This document shows, piece after piece, positions 48,520 through 60,123 of a stretch of 64,000 bases of DNA (position 1 is its first letter; each line of letters begins with the position of its first letter). The DNA lies in NCBI GenBank assembly GCA_951406725.2, contig OX597815.1, positions 172,546,001 to 172,610,000 of the forward strand, in the 5' to 3' direction. The DNA is from Octopus vulgaris. Its lineage: Eukaryota. The notes beneath the pieces were generated by a model. The model saw only the letters and a program-made list of their open reading frames with translations, was not told the DNA's origin and did not search any database. The position numbers and the translations under genes are program-made.

Positions 48520-49070
48520 GTATGAAAGCTTGCCTGAGAGAGTTATTGAAAATCACCTGGTAAGACAAGGTCCCAGACATAGAGGTCCTCTCTTGAGCTG
48601 ATTTACCAACCACCTACACACTACTGAGGAGAGCATATGTCAGGTGCGCAGGTCACCTTATTTCAATGCCTGATACGCGACACCCATGAGAGTATTTTAG
48701 AGTGAACTGACAGAGGGCAAGTACAAACAAATGGACACTAAAAGTGCTTCACGGATACACTCAAAGCCTCGCTGAAATGCTTTGAGATCAACCCCCGACG
48801 CCTGGGAAACACAAGCGCAAGACTGCCCTGCCTGGTGAAGCTGAACCAAATGAGGTGTCACCTACTATGAACAAAACACGATTGCAGGGGCACAAGGAAA
48901 ACGCAAACCGCGCAAGTCCAGAGCTTGCCTTCACTCTCAGCAGACCACAAGTGCCCGATCTGCGACAGGGCCTTCCAACCACGCATCGGACTGATCGATC
49001 GTAGCTGGACATACTGTGACCCGTTTTCTTCTCCTATGTCATCATCAACAATGACGGACTAACTAATGAT
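48520..49070 (+). mobile_element. Old RTE (BovB-like) LINE 3' fragment
   Basis: Degenerate CLRELLKITW.DKVPDIEVL, GHL..MPD.R.P and DTLKASLK, plus a C-terminal CPIC..H finger. Confidence 0.7.
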
Positions 49071-49380
49071 AACATGATGTATATGTATAGGTATGTGCCT
49101 GTGATCCATTTTGCATTGGTTTTTAGACTGTAGTAAGCCTTCGGTCTCTTGATGCCTCGTAACTTAGCCGTTTGACAAAACGATATCCATAAACTAAGTA
49201 CCGGTTCAATCAATAGGATCGTCTGAATCCCTGAAAAATGTACTTCAGCTGAGCTTCAGTGCAAAGACTGAGAGTCAATATAAGATTAAAAGAAAATGAA
49301 ATAAAACAAATAGGTCGTGTCGTAGAAATTTCTTGAGGTGAAAAGGGATACCTTTAAAATATTTTGATTAAGAATAAATA

Positions 49381-49473
49381 ACTCACCTTGATATTATTGA
49401 TTACGTGTTGTCATGGAGATTTAAAACGGAAGTTTTATCTATACTTCCGGCTCCGTGTTATACACCACGCGTG
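49381..49473. promoter_or_regulatory. Bidirectional AXDND1/SURF2 promoter with a putative AXDND1 non-coding first exon (donor at 49386)
   Basis: Minus-strand donor AAG|GTGAGT at 49381-49389; X-box-like GTTGTCATGGAGAT (49407-49420); inverted ETS pair CGGAAGT (49427-49433) and ACTTCCGG (49443-49450); locally CpG-enriched. Confidence 0.7.
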
Positions 49474-49572
49474 ATGGCTATCGACGTGAATAATTCACCA
49501 ACATTATCTGCAGAGATACAAGAAATTCTGTCGGAAAATAGCCACCTCAAGTATTTATCTGAAAATGGCAAG
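49474..49572 (+). CDS. SURF2: SURF2 exon 1 (MAIDVNNSPTLSAEIQEILSENSHLKYLSENGK)
   Basis: ATG...AAG|gtatgt; 99 nt. Confidence 0.9.
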
Positions 49573-52500
49573 GTATGTTACATAGCCAATACTCCAAGCT
49601 AGTCAAAGAAGTGTTAATGTTTATATTACGGACCTCAACATTTTTTAGTTCACTTCTCTCGAAATAGCACTAACGATTCTGGTATTTCTTTTAATACAGT
49701 TATCCTTTTTTTCATTTATTACCTAAACTAAGCTTATTAAATATTGTGATTCCTCACATTTTAAGCGTGTTTATTGTCATTTTCCCGTTAAACAGTTTGA
49801 AAATATCTTGGTGTATATAAACCCCAAAACGGATAATACCACTATATAAACAAATACACGTTGGTTAGTGGCGAAGTAAATGTAATTCTATCAAAATGTC
49901 ACGGGGAGGGTTAAAATATGTCGTTCACATGTTGGTAAATGTAGAAGATGAGGACCTATGAATATTGGCATAAAAGTAAATAAAGTTATCCGGTGGATTT
50001 TATTTTATTTCTAATGTTTGGAAGGCTTTGTTGGCGCTTCTTCCCTTTATCGCATGTCATTTTTTTTTTCATTAGCGTTTTTGACATGACTAATTATAGA
50101 TTGTCATTTCAAATTATAATTTACAGAGAGGTTCATATGGAAGCTAAGGACAATGATCATACTATAGAACTTTTGAAGAAAATCGGATTGTTCACATCGA
50201 ATATGTGGTACACGTGGCCATGATAAGAGTGAAGTTATCGTAACAAAATATCCGTCGGAAAGAATACAATCACTGAGAACAGTAAATTAAAATTGGAAGA
50301 AGTAATTGAGATACTGTACATAGATTAATAAGAATTTATGTATTTGTTTTTGTTTTTTTTTATATTTAAGTGTACTTTCATTTTCAAAGTCAGGGTAAAA
50401 CCGAAGAAGCACCCAAAGGGTGGCAGAAAAAGAAATAAAGAGAGAGAGAAACTCGTAGTGTATTGCTGGCCCTTATGTCGATACTCAGGAATAGGCCAGT
50501 TCATGGTCAGTGGCCTTAGGTGGTACTCATGAAATCCTGTATTCATTATGAAGGGATGTGATGAAGTCGTCAAAAAATTGATCTGATTGTGTGCTGGTTG
50601 CTAGACCAGCCTCCCAAAGCATTACCTGTGTGTTCATGTGTTTAAGATCCTGGATTTGATAGCAACTTGTGTTGGAATACCTTTTTCATTAATAACCCAT
50701 GCTAGCATGGAGAACGGACGTTAAACGATGATGATGATGACTCTCTAACAATCCTTGAAATAAGGAAAATGCTGATAAGAAGTAGCACAGCCTGAGACTA
50801 TGTCCAGCTGCTTGCAACAATTCAAATTCCGCTAAAATCCAGGATGTGGTATCGTTCTAGGTGGCATGTTAGGCCTGCCATTTAAGACTCTTCATTTAGT
50901 AATTTCTATTGTCTAGCTATAGCAGAATTGAAGGAAATAAGTATTAATCAGGTTTTGTGTATGCTTGCTTATTTTGTCTGCATATATTGAGATCATTTTT
51001 TTTTCTCCTCACTAGATCAAATGTAGTCTATCTGGCCATGAAATGTCATGTGATGCAAAAGTTGTGAACAGTTACCTTCATGGGAAAAAACACAAAAGAC
51101 TCAAAGCTCTTAATGATTATGATTATGACAAATACAGACAACACCTCGTTGACAGTACAAAAAGATTTCCCAAGTAAGATGTTTGATTTTCTTCTTTTCA
51201 AATCACTACAAATACTTGTCCTCACAATCACTTATTATTCTTTATGGCTATTTTGCATGCATAACATTGCTTAACTCTTTAAAATGCCCTGGGCTCTATG
51301 ATACAAAGTTCTTGGAGACAGCCAAAAGCAGCATTTGACCCAGACTGCCTTCTTCCAACTGTTAAACATGCAGGAGGATCTGGTGGTGGGCTATATCTTG
51401 GAAATCTGCTTGCCTAATGGTTTCCCTTCATGGCAGAATTAATAGTCAAGACTATTTGAACATTTTATCTGATCAAATTCATCCTATGGTTGTGGAACTG
51501 TTTCCAAAGGGAGATGCAATCTTTCAGGATGATAATGCACCAATTCACACAGCTAAAGTTGTTATTGAATGGCATGAGGAACATTCTAGTGAACTTGAAC
51601 ATCTTATCTGGCCACCACAGTCCCCATATCTCAATATTATTGTACATTTATGGTGCATTTTAGAAAAACAAGTAAGTTGTCAATATTCTTTAATATTATC
51701 ACTACAAGAACTGGAGACTGTTTTAGCTGAAGAATGAACAAAAGTTCCTTTGGAAACAATTCAAACTTTGTATGAGTCCATAACTCGTAGAATTCAAGCT
51801 GTAATTACTGCCAAAGGCGGTGCAAATCCATATTAAGATAAATTTGTTTCAAATTTTAAGGTGTTTCTATTATTTTGTCCAAACCCTGTATATATGTATC
51901 ATCATCATTTAACCTTCGCTTTCCATGTTGACATGGGCTGGACAGTTTGACAGAAACTGGCTTGGCAGGAACCTGCACCAGACTCCTGTGTCCATTTTGG
52001 CACAGTTTTTACAGCTGGATGCCCTAACATCAACCACTCTGTTGTGGCGTAATAAAATGATATTCAGTTTCAGAAAGGGTTTAGTGAAAGTGGAATTTCT
52101 TTGCTAAAATATTAAATCTAAAGAAATAAATACAATAACTCTGTAATTATCTTTAATCCATATTAGTCTTTTTAGCATTTCTGGTCTCCATCTTTGAGTC
52201 AAGAATTTTATACACACACACACAAACAAAAATGCTATTGACATATACCTTTTGTATTTCAGAAATCAACTGCTGTGTTTATTGACATATAAATATATCA
52301 ACAATTTACAGTCTTCCTTACAAAAACATATTAATGGGCGCAAATTCCAAAAAGCTTTTAAGAAATGTAAGTTTTCCTTTACAGAAATCAGAAAACGTAT
52401 CATATAAATTGTTAGCATTGTGAATTCTTTACTACTGGAGTCTCTGATGATTCTTTCACTCTCTTTCCCTTTTGCTATGTAAATTACAAATAGTTTATAG

Positions 52501-55500
52501 CATTAACATGTGCAAATCGATTCAGGATTGGCTTTGTAGACACCTTTGTCGGAAATCTACTACCTTTGAAGTCTGTTCTGTTTAGAACTTATCTGCTAGA
52601 ATATAAATGCTTGCTACAAGTTTTAACTCAGGACCTATTTTATCTTTACATATTCACAGGTGCACACACAAAAATTTTAAAGCAAAATTTGGTTCCGATA
52701 CGTTGACGTCCCACAAGGGAGGTCACTCTTGGATACGAAATAAAGACGCTTCCTATTTTTTTGTTTTATTGTTTCATCACCCCCGTTTTCAAGATCCACA
52801 TTTCCACGCTTGCATAGGTTAGACGGAACTTATTGAGAGGAAATTTTTCTACAACTGGATGCCCTTCCTGTCGCCAACCATCACCTATTTCCAGGCTAGC
52901 TAGTATTTCCTCTCGGCCAAACATTTTTCACAGAAGGCTGAAAGCAACCTGCTGTATAACGATGATGCTTGTTTTATAATTATCGCATGATGTCAAGACA
53001 AGAGCACATACAAACACACACACATACATTTAACATCAGAAAAAAAGCAGATGTAAAACGAGAGAAACAAAATACCAACTCTTCAGTATAAATTACTTTC
53101 ATAATGTTTCTTATTTATGTAACTCAAATAGTGCAAAAACAAGTGGAAATATAAAACATTTCATTTGTTTCAATTATCTGTATTTATGAAGGTTGGTTTT
53201 TTTTTCTTTGTATAATAGAAGTGTTTTATATTTCAAATTTAAAAAAAACTAAATGTCTATTTATTTTGGTTGTTACAAATATGTTACTAGTTTAATACTG
53301 GTACTATAATGTTCCTTTAAATAATAATGTTTAAGAATTTTATTTAAGTCTACATAAAGAATTTTAAAATGTGTGTTTTGATTTTATTACATCTGTTACA
53401 GGGGAAGAATTAAAGAAAGAAGGCAAGGAATATATAGTTCCAAAGAAACAACCTAATTCTTCAGAAAATTTTGAAGACATTGGAAAGAAAAGGAAGAAGA
53501 AATCAAAATATGAAGAAGATGGGGAAGATGAAAGTGATAATGACAGCTTAAGTGATCTTTATCCAAGTAAGTTATGGTGTTACTAACTAAAACGAAATAA
53601 ATTAATTTTAGTTCAAACCTGGTCAAGTAGACGTCTGATCTAAGGTATACCAACAAATTTCATGCTTTTAGGAGAATGTAGGACTTCTGTATCTAATGTA
53701 CTCTTTCCATAAATAAGATAGTAGCATGTAATTTGAGGGGAATTTTGGCTGCTGTTTTTAGCAGATCAATCCACAACACAGTGGCTCCCTGAAGGTGTAT
53801 TTCAATTGCCATCACAGTGTCTGGAGTTAGCGTCATAATTACATTTTATCGTTCTTCTACATCACATGGTACCAAATGTCTTCTATGATTGGCTTAAACC
53901 AGTCAGTGCCTTGTGAATGAAAGTGGTAGATGGAAACTGAGTGTACACATCATCTATTTTATGTGTGCTCTTGCATCCAATCAGTGCTGCATTTTATTGT
54001 CAACATCCTGAGATCAGTTTTTACTACTTTTGCCCATAGCTCTCATCTTTCCTTCCACAGTTTCTTTCTACTTCAATTTCCTATCACTTTTGCATCATGT
54101 ATCTCAACAAAATGGTGATGTCCATGCAAGCATTACTTCCTGTTTCTCTGCACTTTCAAAGACCTAAACTGACAAAATGTTAAGAGTTTGCTACAGGAAG
54201 AGCATCTAGCTTTAAAATACTGCCTCAAATATATTTTCAAGTTCCATGAACTCATGGAAAGAAGGCAGATGTAAAACAAGATAAACAAAATAACCAAATC
54301 TTCAGCATAAATTACTTTCATGGTATTTCTTATTTATGTAACTGAAATAGTGCAAAAACAAGTGTAAAGACAAAGCATTTCATGTGTTTCTATTATATGT
54401 GAGAGTTAGTTTTTTTGTTCATATAGATGTGTTTTATGTGTTTCAAACAAGAAAACTAAATGTCCATTTATTTTGCTTGCTACATTATGCCATTACACAT
54501 CTGTGCTGTTAGTTTGATGATGGTATATATTCCATTAACTAAAATGTTTTGATTTTATTTCATTCTTTAACAGGGGAAGAATTCCCGAAAAAGGGCAAGA
54601 AACATGTAGTTTCAAAGAAACAGAAACCTAATTGTTCAGAAAATTTTGAAGATATTGGAAAGAAAAGGAAGAAAAAACGAAAATATGAAGAAGATGAGGA
54701 AGATAAGAGTGATAATGACAGTTTAAGTGACCTTTATCCAAGTAAGTTAGGATGTTTCTCACTAAAACAGAATTTTCACTTTATTAAATAACATTCTGAG
54801 ATTGACTTTTAAGACATTTGTCCATAAATCCTCTCCTTTCTACAATTTCTTTCTACTTCAATCTCCTGTCACTTCTTTGATTGTCTGTTAGCATCCATGT
54901 ACATCACATACACACATATTTGTGTGTGTGTGTGTGTGTGCTTGAACGTTGACATTCCACATTTTTGTGTGGTGTGTCTGAGCAAAATGATGATGTCCAT
55001 GTATGCAATATGGCTTGTAACTTTGTGCTCTCAAAAACCAGTTGAATAATATATTCACTTATTTGGCTACAGAAAGGGATCTAACTATAAAATTTTTCCT
55101 CAAATATATATGTTCGGTGAGTCCATGTCTTCACAGAAAATAACAGGTGTAAAACAAGCCAACATAATACTTAACTTTTCTCTGTAAATTACTTTTATAT
55201 GTTTCTTGTTTATATGAATCAAATAACAAAAAAAAACATTTCATTTGTTTCAATTATCTATATTTAGGAGACATAGTATTTTTTTTACACATAATAATAA
55301 TGAAATTATTGTATACAGTGCTCAGGTGCACCACAACTTGTCAAAATTGCATATAAAGCATATGCAGTAATGTACAAATGTCTGGGAAGTGAACAGTGTC
55401 TGAGTCAGATACATGCTTGCGTGTGTATGGAGGGGAGAAAATCAGGTGTAGTATTGGCGAATCTCAGGAAGCATGGAAGTTTTGAGGATGCAGTGCTCTG

Positions 55501-57395
55501 ACAACTAACAACTGATGCTGGCAGTTTGTTCCATACTTCAGCAACTCTTAGCATGAAAAAATATTTCCAAAAGTCATGGGAGCTGTGCTGTTTTCTGACT
55601 TTGTAAACATGTCCACAGGTGTTAGACAGGTGGAGTTTGAAAAGGTTATTGTTTGTACGATGGTTGATAATTTTATGGGTGTCTGCCAAGTCAGCTGCCA
55701 GACGTCGGAGTTTCAATGTATCCATGCCCAAAATGTTTTATGTTTCAAATGAAAAAACTAAATATCCATTTATTTTAGCTGCTACGTTACACAAATGTGC
55801 TGCTGGCTTAATACTATATGTTCCATTAACTAATACTGCTTAGGAATTTTATTTAAATTTACATGAATTTTAAAAAGTTTTGATTTTATTATATCTTTAA
55901 CAGGGGAAGAATTCCAGAAAGAGAGCAAGGAATATGTAGTTTCAAAGAAACAGAAAGCTAATAGTTCAGAAAATTGTAAAGACATTGGGAAGAAAAGAAA
56001 GAAGAAATCGAAATATGAAAAAGATGAGGAAGAAGAAAGTGATAACGACAGCTTAAGTGATCTTTATCCAAGTAAGCCGTTACTGAAACAGACTTTTGAC
56101 TTATTTAATTACATTTGTTGTTTAATCTCTGTTCAGTTTTGATCAAGTAAACCTCTGATTTAAGACATTCCAACCATGCCAATTCCATCCCTTAAGGTGT
56201 ATGTAGAGCTACTGTATCCAATGTACCCTTTCCTTAAATACAACAGCAGCAAGTAATTGGAGGGAAATTTGGGCTGCTATTTCTAGTAGGTTGATCTACA
56301 GCATAGTAGCTCCCACAAGGTGTATTTCAGTTCAATTCTTAACTTTCTTTTAGAAAAGCAACTTTTCATTCTCTCATTTTTTGCCTCTCTCAGTCATTTG
56401 TTTCAGATTCTTTAGTAGACTAAGCTACAAATGAGCCTTTATATAATTAGCATGTTATTTTAGCTTTGTTACAAGGATGTAAAAACAATTACTATACTAT
56501 AAGCAAACAAGAACATTGGAAGCTTTCCATGTTTGCTGTCTGCAATATATCTTTGGAATCACTCTGAAGAACACAATCTCTTAGCAAAACAATTCTCAAG
56601 TGTATGCAGTGCATCAGTGACAAAACAACAACCATGAAACATATTCACTACATAAGAAACTCACCCATCTGCCAAAATAGTGCACTAAAAGAGGGCTCTT
56701 TTCAACATGATGATCCTAAGACTCATTGGGAAGGTCAGTTGCATGTGCAAATTCTTGCTAATGACTTTGAAATGCATGCAGATTGGAAGGTGTTATGAAG
56801 GGTCACCAACAATAGTAGTGCGACAGTTTGAAGCTGAACAAAGGCAGCTCCTTAACCCTTTTATTACCGTATTTATTTTGAGATGCTCTGTGTTTCTTTC
56901 AATTAATTTTATATATCACAAAGAATTTAGTAAAATAACTTGGTTGTCGTAAATTGTGACTAAGGTTTGGTGGAAGATTTTACTTCAGAACTTTTGAAAA
57001 CAAGAAATTTGTACTACAGAGCCAGAGCTAGTTTCAGCCAAGTTGGTACTGAAAGGGTTAATATTGTCAAATTCAATCACTGAGCCTAAACAATGAAGTT
57101 CATCATCTTGTTTTCAAATCTGTCTCCTTCATACTGATCATCTGTGTACTCATCAGGGATGTAGTGAAACTGAAAATGAAGAAGTGCAAACATCTTCATC
57201 TAATCATCAGGCAGCCATAGCAGCAGAAGCTTCAAATCACACCCTGACATTCTGAAAAGGGTGAAACACATTGATTACATATGTCTGCTTATCTTTGGAA
57301 TCACTCTGATTACATATGTCTGTATATATATATATATATATACATCTCATCATCATCATCGTTTAACGTCCGTTTTCCATGCTAGCATGGGTTGG

Positions 57396-57443
<48 letters not shown>

Positions 57444-58882
57444 TCATCATCATCATCGTTTAACGTCCGTTTTCCATGCTAGCATGGGTTGGACAATATA
57501 TATATGTATGTATGTATAATTTAGAACAAACAGTAAGTTGTCATTATAGAACTCAGAGTTTCGAATGTCGGAGCAAAGAGCTACGATACATTCTCATCAG
57601 CTATTAATGGCAATAGATGCTATGAAAAACCGTTGAATAAAAGGGAAGTTACTCTAATAGGTAGAAAAAAAGAAAAAAGTTACATGCAAAAATATTCTCA
57701 CAATACATAAACATAAAGCCTCCTGCAGTCATAACATCTACATACATATGCACTCACACAAACATTGTGTCAAAATTTTAACGTAATATGAGCAAGTTCC
57801 AGGGAGAGGCTAAGTTGGTTACATTGGCTCCACTCTGCAACAGGTGCTTATTTTATTAACCCCAAAAGGATGAAAAGCAAAGTTGACCTCGGTGAAATTT
57901 GAACTCAGATGCGGACAAAATGCCACTAAGCATTTTGCCTGGCATGCTAATGGTTCTGCTAGCTCACTGCCTTATAACAATATATATTATTAAAATACTT
58001 TAAGCCCACCAGTTCTGATATCCGACTCATCTCAGTTAATATTGGTTTCTTTTGGATTAAAAGCTTTATAATTGAGAAGGAGGTATCAAATCAATGTTCA
58101 TATTCTTTCCAAAATTATTAGTAGCATGAATGAAATAACCGAAGCAATCTTTCTCTTGCCAAGCCTTACCTGTTTTTCAAGTAAGGAATATTTGTGTACC
58201 GTAAATCCTCAAGTATAATCTGCATTTTTCCCCAAAATTTAAAGGTCAAAATCCCTAGTGCGTACTATATACGAGGTAAAAAATGAAAAGTATTTTCTAA
58301 GAAATGTCCGAGTCTCTCTTTGCTGTCCGGCAATGTTTTACTTTGTGATGTCAGGCATGAAAATACCTTAAGCTAAGCCAGAAAGCAATGAAGTCATAAA
58401 AGAATCATCCATAACATGCAGTAAGCAACATTTATTAAACGTTATTACTGTTATTTCTTTATTTTCTGCAAACAAAATGCACAAAAAAGCTACACGTTTG
58501 CATTATGTTATATACACAATAATAATAAAGGACATTACCGTATACATTTTTACAAACCAAGGACGTTATATAGACCTCCTTGACTTAAGTTAGAGAAGGG
58601 GTGCGTATTATACACAAGGTTTAGGTTTTCCAGAGGTACAGCCCCCTAAAAATCCCCTGCATATTATACTCGAGGATTTACAGTAAGTAATCACATGACA
58701 TGCAGAAATTTTTGTTTTTAACACATTTGAAAGATTATCTTTTTATCTCAACATCTTTGACAGCTGAAGAATTCCAGAAAAATGATGTTGGCCATAAATC
58801 AGTAAAAAAAAAGAAATATGCCTCTGAGAGTAAGTTTAAAAAGAAGAAGAAGAAAAGGAAGAAAGTGGCAGTGACAGTTTAA
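49474..58882 (+). CDS. SURF2: Surfeit locus protein 2 (326 aa if all seven exons are used)
   Basis: Exons 49474-49572, 51016-51173, 52263-52366, 53402-53566, 54574-54741, 55904-56071 and 58764-58882, with consistent phases. SURF2 motifs KIKCSLSGHEM.C, GKKHKRL, QLLCLLT.KYIN, KHINGRKFQKA and DSLSDLYP. Confidence 0.92.
51016..51173 (+). CDS. SURF2: SURF2 exon 2 (IKCSLSGHEMSCDAKVVNSYLHGKKHKRLKALNDYDYDKYRQHLVDSTKRFP)
   Basis: cactag|ATC...AA|gtaaga; 158 nt, phase 0-2. Confidence 0.93.
51370..51888 (+). mobile_element. Tc1 transposase 3' fragment with right TIR
   Basis: FQDDNAPIHTAK...WPPQSPYLNII.HLW; ends TTTTGTCCAAACCCTG|TA. Confidence 0.88.
52263..52366 (+). CDS. SURF2: SURF2 exon 3 (NQLLCLLTYKYINNLQSSLQKHINGRKFQKAFKK)
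   Basis: tttcag|A...T|gtaagt; 104 nt, phase 2-1. Confidence 0.93.
53402..53566 (+). CDS. SURF2: SURF2 exon 4a (EELKKEGKEYIVPKK...DSLSDLYP)
   Basis: ttacag|GG...A|gtaagt; 165 nt, phase 1-1. Confidence 0.92.
54574..54741 (+). CDS. SURF2: SURF2 duplicated exon 4b (EEFPKKGKKHVVSKK...DSLSDLYP)
   Basis: taacag|GG...A|gtaagt; 168 nt, phase 1-1, open. Confidence 0.75.
55296..55731 (-). mobile_element. CR1-type LINE 3' fragment
   Basis: TL.LRRL..DL...KII, T.GH.YK and FF..RV...WNKLPASVV; the (ATT)n tail is also seen at ~45928-45975. Confidence 0.85.
55904..56071 (+). CDS. SURF2: SURF2 duplicated exon 4c (EEFQKESKEYVVSKK...DSLSDLYP)
   Basis: taacag|GG...A|gtaagc; 168 nt, phase 1-1, open. Confidence 0.75.
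56856..57057. mobile_element. piggyBac-type MITE (family 1, inverted, more diverged)
   Basis: TTAA TSD and CCCTTT/AAAGGG ends. Confidence 0.85.
57546..57604 (-). ncRNA. Type I hammerhead ribozyme, intact core
   Basis: atag-CTGATGA-GAATGT...ACATTC-GAAA-ctctgag-TT-ctat. Confidence 0.82.
58199..58683. mobile_element. Tc1/mariner/pogo-superfamily MITE
   Basis: TA-flanked TIR CCGTAAATCCTCAAGTATAAT / ATTATACTCGAGGATTTACAG. Confidence 0.8.
58764..58882 (+). CDS. SURF2: SURF2 last coding exon (EEFQKNDVGHKSVKKKKYASESKFKKKKKKRKKVAVTV*)
   Basis: ttgacag|CT phase 1, TAA at 58880-58882; basic C-terminus as expected for SURF2. Confidence 0.7.
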
Positions 58883-59717
58883 GCGGTTCCTGTTAAAGTA
58901 TGTAAGTTAAGTATTCTCTCTTCCTTAAAAAACTTTTTATTTTGTTAAATTTCAAATGTTTGCAGAAATGGAACTGCATATAAGAAACACTAAACCATAT
59001 TGTACAGCTTAATTGTGAAGTATATTATGTTTTATGTTGACTTGATTCACTCCTTCTTGGTAACAGGTTGTGTATAGTTAAATCAAATTTTCTACTGTTG
59101 CCAAAACTTGTCGAGTTAAAATAAATCCATTTTCCAAATGCTACAAAAGTAATGATTTGATCCTGTATGAATTATATAGCTACTTCTGAAATAGATTCTA
59201 CTTACCATATTTTCCAGCATACAAGTTGATGTGGTATATAGTAATCATATAATGTAAGCATTCAAACATCTTCACTAGCTTTCCAACTGCATTTCACAGG
59301 GAATTTTTGGGTCCTCCAGAGTTGTCTTGGTGTATAAATTGACCTCTCCACTTTTCTTTTCTTCTTTTTTTTTTTTTTTTTTTTTTGTCTGAAAAATTCG
59401 ACTTAAATTCTAGAAAAAATACTGCCTAACATTCATCTTTTTTTTTTTTTTTTGTTTCATAATTTTCTTCCACTAATTTTTGCTTGCTGGATTATAATGT
59501 TGAAATTCAGTATCTTTCATGGATTGTAGTTTTTGACCATTAAAAATTTTTTTATATTCAATGTTTTATGACTGTTCATGTTTGCTAATGATGGACTGGT
59601 TTATTTATTGGAATAGTTGTTTCTGCAACTTTATGTTCCAGTGACTGATAACAACTCATCCATGAATTGGGAATGGAATTCTTTTTTAATTTTTATCGCC
59701 TCGCTCTCAGATTTAAC

Positions 59718-60123
59718 TGGATCTTTTCGATTTGAACGGCAGTTTTTAACATAATTTCTAGGTAACTAAAAAATTTTAAACTTCGTATACTGGTAGAATG
59801 TGTTTATAAAAACATCTTTTTCTCTTGGCTTTATTAAGAAAATTTTATCGTTTGTAAGATATTTGTTGTTTTTTTTCTTCAATTTCTGCTATTTCAACCA
59901 ATCAATGACATGTATTGAGGTAAAAACCATTCTGTGCCGTATGAATATATCCCTCGTTTAAGTAACAGATTGGGTTTATTTACATTTGTGGAGAAAAAAA
60001 GATACCCCCCCCCAACCCTAAAACAGATTGAAATGCAATAGATTGATACTAGGGTCATAATTATGGGTGACAATTTCATATGACACCGCTAGAAAAAACT
60101 GCCATTCAAACCGAAAAGATCCA
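59718..60123. mobile_element. Unclassified non-autonomous DNA transposon
   Basis: ~30-bp TIR TGGATCTTTTCGATTTGAACGGCAGTTTTT / AAAAACTGCCATTCAAACCGAAAAGATCCA. Confidence 0.8.

Noticed and set aside
50101-50330. Possible Merlin/ISXO2 transposase N-terminal relic
   Set aside because: Too short and degenerate, and no TIRs were identified.
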